This document shows, piece by piece, positions 17,708 to 28,640 of a stretch of DNA of 64,000 bases. Each line of letters opens with the position of its first letter. Position 1 is the first letter of the stretch. Source of the DNA: a phage; the NCBI GenBank assembly GCA_024683775.1, contig GCA_024683775.1_4106.1. The stretch is one strand, 5' to 3'. The position numbers and the translations under genes were made by a program. Under the pieces are notes generated by a model. That model was not told the DNA's origin and did no database searches. It was given only the letters and a program-made list of their open reading frames with translations.

Positions 17708-18501
17708 TGCCAAGTAAAAGTAAAAGTCAAGCGAAATTCTTCGCTGCTGCTGCCCATAATCCTGAATTCGCCAAAAAAGCAGGGATTTCACAAAGTGCAG
17801 CAAAAGAGTGGAATGCAGCCGATGAAAAAGAGGGAAATCTTAAGAAAGGTTCAAAACTCCCTAATAAAGTAAAAGAATCTAGTATGCGTGGTTTGGTTGA
17901 TATTGTACAAGATGCAGAATTAGCTGATACAGAAGACAGAACTAGTGATATAATGGATTCATGTGAAGAAGACCATAAAGAGAAATTGGAAGAAATGCCA
18001 CAACGTTTCGATAGTTTCCAAGGCCAAGACCGTGACGAGTTCGTTGACAAAACTGCTGAGATGACAGGTAAGCACAACATGGTTAAGTTCGCAGAACACA
18101 AAGATTATGATGTGTTTATGAATAAGAATGGTACTGGGTTTATTGCCTATGATAAAGCGGGTAAACAGCTTGCTATCGTTAGTGGACATTTGTCGAATGA
18201 TGCAGTGGTTGGTGTACCACAAGTGTTTGAGATTTCTGCTACGGCCTCTAAAACTGGTACTAAAGGTATCATCTATAATATCTTTATGGATATGGTTTCT
18301 CATGGTATTAAAGTACTAAGTGACAGTCTTCACACAGATGATGCAATTAAATTCTGGACCCGATTGATTGGTTCACACCAAGTCTACATTGTGGGTGGTG
18401 GTGAAGTATTGGCTAAGGCTAGTCCAGAGAAGGTTCACAAGTACTGGAGTGATGATGAATTTAGTCCTAGTGCTGAATTACAATTACTTCTGGTAAAATA
18501 A
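17707..18501 (+). CDS. hypothetical protein
   Basis: ORF, ATGA overlap with upstream gene. Confidence 0.55.
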
Positions 18502-18508
18502 TAATTGT

Positions 18509-18537
18509 CGGGGCATTTAATGTCCCGATATTTTTTT
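18509..18537 (+). terminator. intrinsic terminator
   Basis: CGGGGCAT-TTA-ATGTCCCG hairpin followed by TTTTTTT. Confidence 0.65.
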
Positions 18538-18565
18538 GAGACAAACAAAGCATTGATGATACAAT
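18536..18565 (+). promoter_or_regulatory. sigma70-like promoter TTGAGA-18-TACAAT
   Basis: -35 and -10 upstream of the topoisomerase gene; shares TGAGACAAACAAA with the promoter at 1406. Confidence 0.5.
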
Positions 18566-18600
18566 GTTGCATGACAAAGAGACATTAAAAAGGAATTCAA

Positions 18601-20565
18601 ATGGCTAAGAAAGAAAGTGCTGTTCTTCAGGAACATGATGTACAACGTCTAAACGATTATCAACATGCTCGCTTACGTACTGAGATGTATCTGGGTTCAC
18701 GTTCTGTTCACGAAAGTCAAGTACTGATCTTTGGTGAGTCTGGATATGAAGTTAAAAACGTTGAGTGGGTTCCTGCAATTCTAACTGCTACTCGTGAAAT
18801 TATCGATAACAGCTTAGATGAATTTAAAAAAGCTGGAACAAAAGAGCCAGTACTCAAAGTTGATTTCAATGAAGAAGAGTTATCCTTTGAGATCAGTGAT
18901 AATGGTCGTGGTATTCCAATTGACTATGTTCCTGAGTATCAGAAAAACCTTTGTACAATGGTAATGACTGAAACTAAAACTGGTCGTAACTTTGATGATT
19001 CGAAGCGTGATGAAACAATCGGTCAGAATGGTTTGGGTGGTTCAGTTGCAATGATTGTAAGTTCTAAAGCTGAACTTGAAATCCATCGCCAAGGTCGCCC
19101 GTATAAAACACAAAGTAGCAATGACGGATATGACGGTTTTTATAAGTTCAATCAGAAGTTCGAAGAAGGAACTATTATGTTTCCTGAACTTCATGTACAT
19201 GAACCAACTATTCGTAAGGTTCAAGCAGATAAGACTGGAACAACAATTCGCTTCACTCTGAGTTCTGAGGTATTTCCTAACCGTAAACTGCCAACCGAAT
19301 TGTTATACAGTATTTTGAAAGAAATGTCTGCTGCTAACCCTACCTATAAGATTTTCCTTAACGGTAAGCGTATTGCAATTAAAGGAACTACTGAAAAAGC
19401 ACTATTCAACGCATCTAAACTGATGCAATTGAACGTTAAAGATGAATCATTCAACTTTAACAGTACTTTCTACATTGTTCCTAATGCAGTATCGGGTATG
19501 AACACTAACTTCCATATGCATGGTTTGGTTAACAATGCCCCAGCATTTGATGGCGGTACACATCTTGATACATTCAAGAAATTCTTCTCATTAGGAGTCG
19601 GGACTGCTCTAGAGAAAGAATCAAAGAAACGCAAGATGAAACCTAACCGCTCTGATATTGAAGAAGGTCTGTTGATTTATAACGTAACAACGATGAAAGC
19701 ACCATCATTCAACTCACAGATTAAATCAAAACTAACCAACGAAAACGTTATTCGTCCAATTCAACAAGCGATGAATTCTGAATGGTTCGATGAATTAGTC
19801 AAGAAGAACAAAGAGTGGATTGATGAAATTTTTGAACGCTGTGCTGCTCGTACCAACAAGAAAGATGCAGAAGAAGATCGCCGTCTAGCTAAAAAACTAC
19901 TGAAAGGTAAAGTTGCAAAACTATTGGACAGTACAGGTACGGATCGTTCCAAATGCATCCTACTAATTGCTGAGGGTGATTCTGCTATTTCCAACATGGC
20001 GAGTGCTCGTGATCCTAAAGTTCATGGTATTCTACCATTGCGTGGTAAAATTATGAACGTCAGTGGTAATGAGAAAACCAAAGAATTAATGGATTCAATG
20101 GCATTGCATGATATAATGGCGAGTATCAACCTGATTCCTGGTGTAAAAGCGGAAAGAGCAGACCTTAACTATGGTAAGCTTTATATCTGTGCCGATGAAG
20201 ATGAGGATGGAAAGAACATTGGTGCTTTAGTATGTAACTTCCTATACAAATTCTGGCCTGAACTATTCCAAGACCCAGAGAATCCATTTGTGTATATATT
20301 CAAAACACCATTCATCATTCTAGAGAAAGGTAAGGAATCCAAGTACTACTATGGTCATGATGTACATGAATACAACCCAGATGATTGGAAAGGTTGGAAA
20401 GCAACCCGTGCGAAAGGATTGGGTACGTTAGAAAAAGCAAACTTCCGTGATGCATTCACTAACAGTGTTGCAGTAGCGATTACAGATGATGGTCGCCTTG
20501 GTGAAACTCTTGATTTGATTTTCAACAAGAAACGTGCTGATGATCGTAAGAACTGGATGGAATAA
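18601..20565 (+). CDS. DNA topoisomerase II large subunit (GyrB-like ATPase + Toprim; fused gp39/gp60 type)
   Basis: 654 aa; Toprim EGDSA ... ADEDEDG; ATPase-type N-terminus. Confidence 0.9.
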   Translation: MAKKESAVLQEHDVQRLNDYQHARLRTEMYLGSRSVHESQVLIFGESGYEVKNVEWVPAILTATREIIDNSLDEFKKAGTKEPVLKVDFNEEELSFEISDNGRGIPIDYVPEYQKNLCTMVMTETKTGRNFDDSKRDETIGQNGLGGSVAMIVSSKAELEIHRQGRPYKTQSSNDGYDGFYKFNQKFEEGTIMFPELHVHEPTIRKVQADKTGTTIRFTLSSEVFPNRKLPTELLYSILKEMSAANPTYKIFLNGKRIAIKGTTEKALFNASKLMQLNVKDESFNFNSTFYIVPNAVSGMNTNFHMHGLVNNAPAFDGGTHLDTFKKFFSLGVGTALEKESKKRKMKPNRSDIEEGLLIYNVTTMKAPSFNSQIKSKLTNENVIRPIQQAMNSEWFDELVKKNKEWIDEIFERCAARTNKKDAEEDRRLAKKLLKGKVAKLLDSTGTDRSKCILLIAEGDSAISNMASARDPKVHGILPLRGKIMNVSGNEKTKELMDSMALHDIMASINLIPGVKAERADLNYGKLYICADEDEDGKNIGALVCNFLYKFWPELFQDPENPFVYIFKTPFIILEKGKESKYYYGHDVHEYNPDDWKGWKATRAKGLGTLEKANFRDAFTNSVAVAITDDGRLGETLDLIFNKKRADDRKNWME

Positions 20566-20576
20566 TATAGATTAAT

Positions 20577-20600
20577 GGGGAACATGGTGTTCCCCTTTTA
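20577..20600 (+). terminator. intrinsic terminator
   Basis: GGGGAACA-TGG-TGTTCCCC hairpin followed by TTTTA. Confidence 0.65.
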
Positions 20601-20615
20601 CAAAGAGACAATGGA

Positions 20616-22028
20616 ATGGCTAAAAGTAAAAAAACCGAAAATCAAAGCATCGATAACCAAACACTAACTCTACTAGATTATAACAGTTCTGATTATGTGA
20701 ATACCACATCACTAGAATATTCAATGTACACACTAGACCGTGCAATCCCTGGGATTGATGGCCTTAAGAGTTCACAACGTAAAGCAATATTCACCCTCTC
20801 AAAAGTTAGTGGTGAAATCAAAACTGTATCATGTGCTGGTAAAATGATTAGTGATGGTATCTATCTACACGGTGATACATCTGCATCTGGAACTCTCCAG
20901 AACCTAGCATCACCAGTGGTAAACAACTACCCACTCATTGGTAAACGTGGTGGTTTTGGTACACAAGTAAACAGTACTCCAGCTTCTGCTCGTTATACTT
21001 ATGTTAAAAAGAATAAAAGTACTGAAATGTTAGTGCTACGTGACGCTGACATTATTCCAATGAAAGAGAACTATGATGGTACTACAATGGAACCAAGTTT
21101 CTTTTTACCTATCATCCCACTATCTTTGTTTGGTAACGATAGTATGTCAGTAGGTTATAAGAGTACAATTCTACCACATAAGATTGAAGATGTTATTGAT
21201 AACTGTATTCGTGCTATTGATAAAAAACCATTAAAAGAAATGACTCCATACTATGTTTCATGTGGTGCAAGTGATATCGTAACTAAGCTTGATGAAAACA
21301 AATATGAGTTCTATGGTAAAGCACAAGTAATTGATGCCAGTACTGTTAAAGTGACAGGTCTACCACCAAACTACAGTATTGAGAAATTCATCGAGAAACT
21401 CATTAAGATGAGCGATGATGGTGATATTCGTGATTATGATAATGATAGTACTGATGTTATTGATATCACAATCAAACTACCACGCGGTACATCTGCTAAA
21501 TGGGTGGAGAAAGATGTAATTGAATACTTTGGCATTCATAAGAAGATGACACAAATCCTAACTGTTCTAGGTGAGAATGGTAAGGTTAAAGTCTATGATA
21601 ACACAATGGATTTGATTAAGGACTTTGTTGAATTCCGTTTCAAATACTATGTGAAACGCTATGAGAAGAAACTTGATGATTGTGCTGCTGAAGTACGTTA
21701 TAAGATTCTAATCAAAGAATGTTTTGATAATGATATGATTGCTAAGGTTAAGGGTTTTGCTAACCGTTCAGAAATGGTTGAGTTTGTTAAATCATTAAAC
21801 ACTGAAATCGAAGCAACCGATGAGAATATTCAAAGCATCGTAAACTTCCCATCATATCGTTGGACCCAAGACAATTATCAATCAGTACTAGCTGATATTC
21901 AACATAACTTGGATTTAATGGATGAATATAACAATCTCCTGTCGAATCATGATTTGATTTGGAACATCTATAAAGATGAGTTGAAAGAACTACGTAAGAT
22001 TGACTTCACGCCAAAAACTGAAGATTGA
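20616..22028 (+). CDS. DNA topoisomerase II medium subunit (GyrA-like, gp52 type)
   Basis: GyrA-like N-terminal region (RAIPGIDGLKSSQRK ... ARYTYV). Confidence 0.88.
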   Translation: MAKSKKTENQSIDNQTLTLLDYNSSDYVNTTSLEYSMYTLDRAIPGIDGLKSSQRKAIFTLSKVSGEIKTVSCAGKMISDGIYLHGDTSASGTLQNLASPVVNNYPLIGKRGGFGTQVNSTPASARYTYVKKNKSTEMLVLRDADIIPMKENYDGTTMEPSFFLPIIPLSLFGNDSMSVGYKSTILPHKIEDVIDNCIRAIDKKPLKEMTPYYVSCGASDIVTKLDENKYEFYGKAQVIDASTVKVTGLPPNYSIEKFIEKLIKMSDDGDIRDYDNDSTDVIDITIKLPRGTSAKWVEKDVIEYFGIHKKMTQILTVLGENGKVKVYDNTMDLIKDFVEFRFKYYVKRYEKKLDDCAAEVRYKILIKECFDNDMIAKVKGFANRSEMVEFVKSLNTEIEATDENIQSIVNFPSYRWTQDNYQSVLADIQHNLDLMDEYNNLLSNHDLIWNIYKDELKELRKIDFTPKTED

Positions 22029-22036
22029 TTATAAAC

Positions 22037-22068
22037 AGGGAAGACCTTTATGGGTCTTCCTTGTCCTT
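22037..22068 (+). terminator. intrinsic terminator
   Basis: GGAAGACC-loop-GGTCTTCC hairpin followed by T-rich tract. Confidence 0.6.
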
Positions 22069-22070
22069 TA

Positions 22071-22078
22071 TATAAATA
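22071..22078 (+). promoter_or_regulatory. T4-type late promoter box TATAAATA
   Basis: Exact TATAAATA about 40 nt upstream of the 807-aa ORF. Confidence 0.45.
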
Positions 22079-22116
22079 ATCTATAGATAATGGTAGCTTG
22101 GCTATGGAGAATTATA

Positions 22117-24513
22117 ATGACAACTTTTACCCCTAGATGGGATATAAAAGCCGATGCTCGATATATACAAGAAGGACAAGACATTCTTGTGCGTTTGAGT
22201 ATCAACAAAGAAACCACAACGGATGATAGTTATATACTTAATGAAAACGAATACTTAGAGATGATTCTAACTATTCAGGGTTTGGACAGTTCTGATGCAG
22301 TATTTCAACCAGAAGATCACTACGCAGTGTATGTTGGTAATGATGAATCTAATCTCACACCTATATCATCAGGTATTACTGGTAACAAGTTGATTAATGG
22401 TAAGCACAAATGTAAAATTGATAAAACTCAATTTGATCTATCGGCAAGCACTAATACCGAAGATGTTTATTTTATTAAATTGCATTGTAAAGATGATGGT
22501 ACATTTAACAACTCTGAACAGATTAACTTCTATCTTCAAGCAGTAAATGTTATGTACTATGGTAACATTTCCCCTAGTGGTGAAATTGGTTCAAATGAAG
22601 TAACAATTGAATATGATAGTCAGGAAGTGTGGGTTACTCCTGGAATCGAAATCGGTGATGATGACAAATTATATTGTATTGGTGATATTGAATACGGTTC
22701 CAACAGTACTTTATTTGTACAGGGATTTGGTCGTCGTCGTCCATTTATTTTAGGAACTGATACATCAACTGACATATCTCCTAGAGTATTTTATCCAGCG
22801 TATCGTCTACTCGATATGACCCCAGCAGAAGTTCCTGCTCGCCACATCACTGATGATTATGCAATCCTACGTCCTATTGATAATATATGGCCTGTATTTG
22901 GTATTAATAAAGAAATTAAGGTTAATATTCAAACTAGCTCTGGAGAGTTACTAGATTCAGGATTGGTTTTCAACCCAAATGGACAATTTCTGCAAACATT
23001 CCTATATGACTCTGATGCATGTGATGCATATTTCAAAGTTGAAATTGTTGATATTTTGAGTACATATAGTTATGACACTGACCGCTTCGCTATAAACCAA
23101 CGTTTCAAAGCATATCAAATGTGGGTATGTCCAGACAATGTAGATGGTATATACGCTGATGGTGATAAACCTTTACCTAATCATTTGTATCAGTTGAAAG
23201 ATAACGTTGTATATCCATATGTAATCTCTGGTGAATATGATCTAGGTGAAACAAAGCCAGTGTTTAAAAGTTCAGATTGGATTGATTTAGGATATTATGA
23301 TTCAAGCTTAGGTGAGAATATTATAGGTGAAGAGAAGATGTTCCGTGTTCTAGTGAACGCAGAAGAAGAAAACTCAATAGACTTCACAACTGATAGTGAT
23401 TTAGGTAGTATTCATGTGGGTGAATATTTCGGTCACAGTACTTATCCACAAATACAAACTACCAGTACTAATCAGGTATCTTATGTATTAGATGGTGGGC
23501 CTGATGATATTCGCAAATATGGTTTGGACCTCACCGCAGATGGGTTCTTGGTCGGAACTGCATATGCAAAAAGTTTAGATTTCAGTGCAAATGATGATAT
23601 AAAATTGGAATTCAACATCAAAGCATATGACACTGAAGGTGGTGTTGCGTCCAAGTTATTTAAACTGAAAATTGTACGTGGTTTTGGACAAAACTACTTA
23701 AGTGCACATATTGTACCTTCTGTTTATTTTGAACGTGAATGGTTTAAGTGTATTAGTACACCATCATTTACAAAACAAGCTTTCCATCGACAATCAGATG
23801 ATAGATACGGGTTACAAAAAGTACCACGTATTCTATTAAAAGAAAACTTTTTGAGTCAGAACTATACTTACACTACGTTGAGTGATATTAAAAAAGTACT
23901 TAGGGAAAATATCATAAACCAAACTGGTGCAACTATACCTGATGGAAAATTTAGAATGGTAATGGGCAACTATAAAGTAATGTCAGCACTTGACAACCAA
24001 GGTAACTTGCAGTATGATATATTATACCGTGAAGTTTTACCCGCAGGTTCATTGGTGTCGGTTTCTAAGAATCCAAGAAGTTACACGCAAATTGATAACG
24101 GAACACTCGGTGAAATATTTGGCTTGCGTCAAAATATTTTTGCAGCAATTGGCGAAGACACAACTAACCTTGTGAAAGACCCAACTGATTTACAAAACCG
24201 TGGTTTGTATGTAGATGCTATACCAGGAATTTCTGATGAGATGCTAGATACTGTTCCTCGCTTCATGAATCACCCATACGAAGAAGATGGAGTTAAAAAG
24301 AAATTCATGCCAATCATTCCAGTTGCATACTGTGCACCAGGAAAGGGTGAAGCATTCTTTAACACTTTACTTCAGAACAATGAACATGGTAAGATGGTTG
24401 GTGTTGAGTTTGAAATCACAGGAGTTGAATTTGGATTCTTTGCACATGAATTCGAAAACTACGTTCATGATACATTTTTGATTTCATTACAAAACAGCAA
24501 TTTAGGAGGATGA
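22117..24513 (+). CDS. large hypothetical protein (about 800 aa), possibly late-expressed or structural
   Basis: Start moved to ATG at 22117 after GGAGA; no recognisable enzyme motif; late-promoter box upstream. Confidence 0.6.
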   Translation: MTTFTPRWDIKADARYIQEGQDILVRLSINKETTTDDSYILNENEYLEMILTIQGLDSSDAVFQPEDHYAVYVGNDESNLTPISSGITGNKLINGKHKCKIDKTQFDLSASTNTEDVYFIKLHCKDDGTFNNSEQINFYLQAVNVMYYGNISPSGEIGSNEVTIEYDSQEVWVTPGIEIGDDDKLYCIGDIEYGSNSTLFVQGFGRRRPFILGTDTSTDISPRVFYPAYRLLDMTPAEVPARHITDDYAILRPIDNIWPVFGINKEIKVNIQTSSGELLDSGLVFNPNGQFLQTFLYDSDACDAYFKVEIVDILSTYSYDTDRFAINQRFKAYQMWVCPDNVDGIYADGDKPLPNHLYQLKDNVVYPYVISGEYDLGETKPVFKSSDWIDLGYYDSSLGENIIGEEKMFRVLVNAEEENSIDFTTDSDLGSIHVGEYFGHSTYPQIQTTSTNQVSYVLDGGPDDIRKYGLDLTADGFLVGTAYAKSLDFSANDDIKLEFNIKAYDTEGGVASKLFKLKIVRGFGQNYLSAHIVPSVYFEREWFKCISTPSFTKQAFHRQSDDRYGLQKVPRILLKENFLSQNYTYTTLSDIKKVLRENIINQTGATIPDGKFRMVMGNYKVMSALDNQGNLQYDILYREVLPAGSLVSVSKNPRSYTQIDNGTLGEIFGLRQNIFAAIGEDTTNLVKDPTDLQNRGLYVDAIPGISDEMLDTVPRFMNHPYEEDGVKKKFMPIIPVAYCAPGKGEAFFNTLLQNNEHGKMVGVEFEITGVEFGFFAHEFENYVHDTFLISLQNSNLGG

Positions 24514-24514
24514 T

Positions 24515-24826
24515 ATGTTCAATCCATTTTTTGATCCATCAACCATGACCGAGAAAGAGTTACAATTGAAAATTAACGAACAATCGATGCGTATTACGTC
24601 TGCTCGTGCAGCAGGTATGAGTGATATGATTGTTGGTAACATGCAAACCGTTCTGAATCAGTGCTATGCTGAATTAGAGATTCGTCAGGGACAAAAAGAA
24701 AAAACCTCCTATGATGAGCAAGACCCATGTATATTTGACATGAACTCTTACTTAACGGATAACGAAGAGGATCAGAAGAAGAAAAATGAAAGTACAAGGA
24801 AACAGATTTATAAGTCCCAATGGTGA
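24515..24826 (+). CDS. hypothetical protein
   Basis: ORF with RBS AGGAGGATGAT. Confidence 0.45.
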   Translation: MFNPFFDPSTMTEKELQLKINEQSMRITSARAAGMSDMIVGNMQTVLNQCYAELEIRQGQKEKTSYDEQDPCIFDMNSYLTDNEEDQKKKNESTRKQIYKSQW

Positions 24827-25304
24827 TGTAAAATGTAACCTTAATGCAGTCGTGTATGCAATCAACTGTGGTGCAGATATTCAGTACTTACAGCTACAGG
24901 AGATTGATGAACCGGAACGATTGAAATTTAACGATAATTGTAAAAAATTTGGTTTAGAACAGCGTATGCTGGATTATACAATAGAACATGATAAAAACCA
25001 TGAGCTATGGCGTTATGATCCAGTGTACGATAACATCAACTTGCGTGAGTACTTTTTACAGAAATGTACATCGGATGAAGCCCGTGAACGTGTAATGTAT
25101 GAGATTGATTTGTTTGAACATTACAACATGACTAAGCTTTTAAGATGTATGATCTGGTTAGTTGATTATATGGAAGAGCACAATATTTTTTGGGGTCTTG
25201 GGCGTGGTAGTTCAGTGGCTTCGTATTGTTTGTTCCTGATTGATTTGCATATGGTTGATTCTTTGAAGTATAAACTAGATGTAAATGAATTTTTGAAATG
25301 GTAG
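24786..25304 (+). CDS. hypothetical protein
   Basis: ORF. Confidence 0.45.
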   Translation: MKVQGNRFISPNGDVKCNLNAVVYAINCGADIQYLQLQEIDEPERLKFNDNCKKFGLEQRMLDYTIEHDKNHELWRYDPVYDNINLREYFLQKCTSDEARERVMYEIDLFEHYNMTKLLRCMIWLVDYMEEHNIFWGLGRGSSVASYCLFLIDLHMVDSLKYKLDVNEFLKW

Positions 25305-25310
25305 AAAAAC

Positions 25311-25322
25311 ATGTGATATAAT
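25311..25322 (+). promoter_or_regulatory. extended -10 promoter (TGTGATATAAT)
   Basis: TGnTATAAT upstream of 25368 ORF. Confidence 0.45.
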
Positions 25323-25367
25323 GTTGTTTGAGGCGTTATATCACTCACATAGAAAAAGGATTTTTAT

Positions 25368-25712
25368 ATGTCAAAACACACAACTTATCGTGGAACCACC
25401 ATTGATATGGATATGCTAAAGTATCAAAACCAGCACCAAGTAGCACTAGGTAATGCAAACCTAAATGCTCGTGGTGATAAGATTGGTTCAGGTGGTACGG
25501 TCATTAAAACCCGTGAAGAACTAATCCAAGAAAAAGAACGTGAAATGCAAATTCCTGATTTCATTCCTGAACACCAACTTCACAGTGCTGAATATAGTAC
25601 TGAAGAAGTATGGGATGATGAAAGCTTTGAAGTTCAACCACAAGAACCAGAAGTTGAAGTATCTGAAGAGAAGAAAGCTCCACGCCGAGCAAAAACTAAA
25701 GATCAGGAGTAA
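25368..25712 (+). CDS. hypothetical protein
   Basis: ORF. Confidence 0.45.
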   Translation: MSKHTTYRGTTIDMDMLKYQNQHQVALGNANLNARGDKIGSGGTVIKTREELIQEKEREMQIPDFIPEHQLHSAEYSTEEVWDDESFEVQPQEPEVEVSEEKKAPRRAKTKDQE

Positions 25713-25715
25713 TTC

Positions 25716-26042
25716 ATGACCAATAAAGTAATGACAGCTTGTAAAGGTAAAGTTATTGTAACTGAACTAGAACATGGTGAGCGTAAAACCGCAGGTGGTA
25801 TTGTACTGACAAGTGATGATGGTAAGATACGTGGTATTCGTTGTCGTTGGGCTAAAGTATATTCTGTTGGTGAAGACATTACCGATATCAAAGAAGGACA
25901 ATGGATTCTAATTGACCACGGTCGTTGGTCGAGAACTATTGAGATTGATGGTATTAAAATGAATCTCGTTGATTATCCAGCAGCAGTAAGTTTGGTATCT
26001 GACACTGATCCACGCATCTCTGCTCAAACATTTGGTCGTTAA
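25716..26042 (+). CDS. GroES-like co-chaperonin (gp31-type)
   Basis: KGKVIVTELEHGERKTAGGIVLT ... resembles GroES from memory. Confidence 0.65.
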   Translation: MTNKVMTACKGKVIVTELEHGERKTAGGIVLTSDDGKIRGIRCRWAKVYSVGEDITDIKEGQWILIDHGRWSRTIEIDGIKMNLVDYPAAVSLVSDTDPRISAQTFGR

Positions 26043-26098
26043 AACATAAATCTAAAGCTCGGATATATTATCTGGGCTTTTTATTTGGATGAAAATAC

Positions 26099-26368
26099 AT
26101 GATAACTGATGATGGAAAATATAGTTTTTCTGACGTTACGTTAGTTTCTAAAAATGGACGATTTATGTTTGAAGATAGAACTAACACGAAGTACGTATAT
26201 GAAGTTTCTCATGATATGTTTAAGTACTTACTTATCGTATCAGCCCAGGCCGAAGCAATGGGTGTGAAGAACAAAGCAAACTCATTTAATTTTTTGTTTA
26301 ATCAACTTGAAATGACAGAAGACTTATTCACTGCATTGTTGTATGATTATGCAGATTGGATTTCATAA
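26099..26368 (+). CDS. hypothetical protein
   Basis: ORF. Confidence 0.4.
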   Translation: MITDDGKYSFSDVTLVSKNGRFMFEDRTNTKYVYEVSHDMFKYLLIVSAQAEAMGVKNKANSFNFLFNQLEMTEDLFTALLYDYADWIS

Positions 26369-26394
26369 ACACCTAATATACAAGGAAATAAAAC

Positions 26395-27348
26395 ATGACT
26401 ACATTATGGACTGAAAAATACCGCCCACAAACTATGGAAGATTATGTATCTAAGAACGAAGCCCTACGTCAGAAGATGGAAGAATGGATTCGTACTGGTG
26501 ATATCCCACATATTGGATTTTTTGGACCAGCAGGGACAGGTAAAACTTCAGCAATCAAAGTACTACTGAATGGTCTGGAAGCTAACGGACACCTTGACCC
26601 TAGTGATGTAACAACACTGAATATGTCAGATGAAGGTATCGATGCTGTTCGTGACAAAATTGATGCAGCAGCAAAACTATCATGTTTTGGTCGTTATCGT
26701 GTATTTGTTCTGGAAGAAATGGAACAAATGAACCACAAAGCACAGGGTAGCTTGAAACGTGTCATGGAAGATTACCATGAAAATGCTCGTTTCATTCTTA
26801 CCAGTAATGAACCACATAAGATTCAGAAACCTATTATCTCTCGTGTTCAGGTCATCACCATTGAGAAGCATGATATGGAACAATTCATGTCACGCATCTA
26901 CAACGTACTATTGGCAGAAGGAGTAGATCTAAGTACTGATGAAAGTATTGAACAAGTACAAAAATACATCAATGTTTCATATCCTGATTTCCGCAAAACG
27001 CTAAACGTATTGCAAAGTTCAGTAGTCGATGGTAAACTTGTAAAGCTTGAAGACAGTATTGAGAACTCTGCTGGGTATCGTACTGCCATTATTGATGCAC
27101 TAAAAGCTGGTAACATTCGTCAAATGCGTGAGCAGATCGTGCAAAACATTCCTGATGATGAGATGGATGCATTCTTCTCTTATCTGTATCGTAATGCAGA
27201 AATGTTCAGTACTGATGAAATTACTCTAATGAAAATTAAGGTTAAGATTCGTGACGCTGTTGTTAAACAAGCTACCGTGTCTGACCGTGAAATGAATCTC
27301 AGTGCATTACTGTGTGAGATTGACCTAATCTGTTCGGGGAACATGTAA
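26395..27348 (+). CDS. sliding-clamp loader AAA+ ATPase subunit (gp44/RFC-like)
   Basis: WTEKYRPQT, Walker A GPAGTGKTS, DExx box, SRV sensor-like motif. Confidence 0.85.
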   Translation: MTTLWTEKYRPQTMEDYVSKNEALRQKMEEWIRTGDIPHIGFFGPAGTGKTSAIKVLLNGLEANGHLDPSDVTTLNMSDEGIDAVRDKIDAAAKLSCFGRYRVFVLEEMEQMNHKAQGSLKRVMEDYHENARFILTSNEPHKIQKPIISRVQVITIEKHDMEQFMSRIYNVLLAEGVDLSTDESIEQVQKYINVSYPDFRKTLNVLQSSVVDGKLVKLEDSIENSAGYRTAIIDALKAGNIRQMREQIVQNIPDDEMDAFFSYLYRNAEMFSTDEITLMKIKVKIRDAVVKQATVSDREMNLSALLCEIDLICSGNM

Positions 27349-27974
27349 TGAAAGACCGTTGTATTGTATTCGACTGTGATGAAGTACTACTAGATCACAT
27401 TGGTTCATTAGGAGAATACGCAAAACTCCAATATGATATCAACCCAACAACACCATACCCACTCGCATACGATTTATCTGAATGGTTTGGTGTTTCACGA
27501 GAAAAAGTTCAAGAGATCATTACTGAATTCAATCAACGTTCGTATATGTTTGGATTACTAAAACCTGTAGAAACTAACACTGTAAGTATTATGCATGAAC
27601 TGCGTGATCGTTTTTACAAGGAAAAATTCATAGTACTGACTAAGTGTGGTAAGAAAGGTTATAGCGAGGTACTTCGCAATACTAATCTTATGCATGTATT
27701 TGGTGAGACATGTTTTGATGAAATCATCATTGTTGAAATGAATGAATCTAAGCATGAAGCATTAGTAGAATTAAAAGAACGATATGACGTAAAACTGATG
27801 ATTGATGATTATATCAATAATATTGAAACATCAATGGAATTGGGTATCCCATCAGTTATGATGCGAGCGTCCCACAATCATATGTATAAAAATGGTTATG
27901 GGTATGACTATGTTAACAACTGGGATGAACTACGTTTAAAAATCTATTCAGTACTGTCGAAATATTACCAATAA
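27348..27974 (+). CDS. putative HAD-superfamily 5'(3')-deoxyribonucleotidase-like hydrolase
   Basis: N-terminal DxD motif (IVFDCDEVLLDH); tentative. Confidence 0.5.
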   Translation: MKDRCIVFDCDEVLLDHIGSLGEYAKLQYDINPTTPYPLAYDLSEWFGVSREKVQEIITEFNQRSYMFGLLKPVETNTVSIMHELRDRFYKEKFIVLTKCGKKGYSEVLRNTNLMHVFGETCFDEIIIVEMNESKHEALVELKERYDVKLMIDDYINNIETSMELGIPSVMMRASHNHMYKNGYGYDYVNNWDELRLKIYSVLSKYYQ

Positions 27975-27989
27975 TATAGTAAAAACAAT

Positions 27990-28020
27990 GGGGATTATTT
28001 AATCCCCTTTTATTGTTTTT
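27990..28020 (+). terminator. intrinsic terminator
   Basis: GGGGATTA-TT-TAATCCCC hairpin followed by T-run. Confidence 0.65.
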
Positions 28021-28073
28021 TAAAAGTAGTAAATAGTATTATATGTGCTAGTTTTTTAAGGATAATATAAAAC

Positions 28074-28640
28074 ATGGATGATTTAGATTATACAGATAAT
28101 GCAGTCCAGCAGTTGTATGATAACAGCGGTATGCTAGATATACTTCTGGCTGTTGAAAAATATTTTGATGATAATGATTTGTACGCATATCATGGTATCA
28201 TCGAAGGTGAACTCGTTGAAGGTCCGATTGTTAGTAAGTACTGGTGTACTGTGACATTCAAATACTATCGTGAGAATTTCCCTGATCCTACTGCATTCTC
28301 AATTCTTGAGAAGCACGGGACTAAGGTATATGTGAAAGCAGATTATGAAATTACACCTATTCAAGATCCTAACCGTCAGGCTGATATGAAGAGTGTGGCA
28401 ACGCAATCTGGTTCTGTTCGTATTCCAAAAAATGAACGAATTCCAGTTCTATTGGTTCGTGTACAAATTCCTAGAAACCTAATCAACCCTGAAAGTTTTG
28501 ATGAATACAAACTAATGGCTTCCGAGTTCAATAGTAATCCTATGAATGCACAAGAACCATCAGATGAGCCAATTACTGGTGAAGATGTTGATTTAGATGT
28601 AGAAGTATCTGATGATGTACAACAAGGTGGTATGCAATGA
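28074..28640 (+). CDS. hypothetical protein
   Basis: ORF. Confidence 0.5.
   Translation: MDDLDYTDNAVQQLYDNSGMLDILLAVEKYFDDNDLYAYHGIIEGELVEGPIVSKYWCTVTFKYYRENFPDPTAFSILEKHGTKVYVKADYEITPIQDPNRQADMKSVATQSGSVRIPKNERIPVLLVRVQIPRNLINPESFDEYKLMASEFNSNPMNAQEPSDEPITGEDVDLDVEVSDDVQQGGMQ

Noticed and set aside
22117-24513. Identification of the ~800-aa ORF as rIIA
   Set aside because: No HATPase-type N-terminal motifs and no resemblance to rIIA as I recall it; left as hypothetical.
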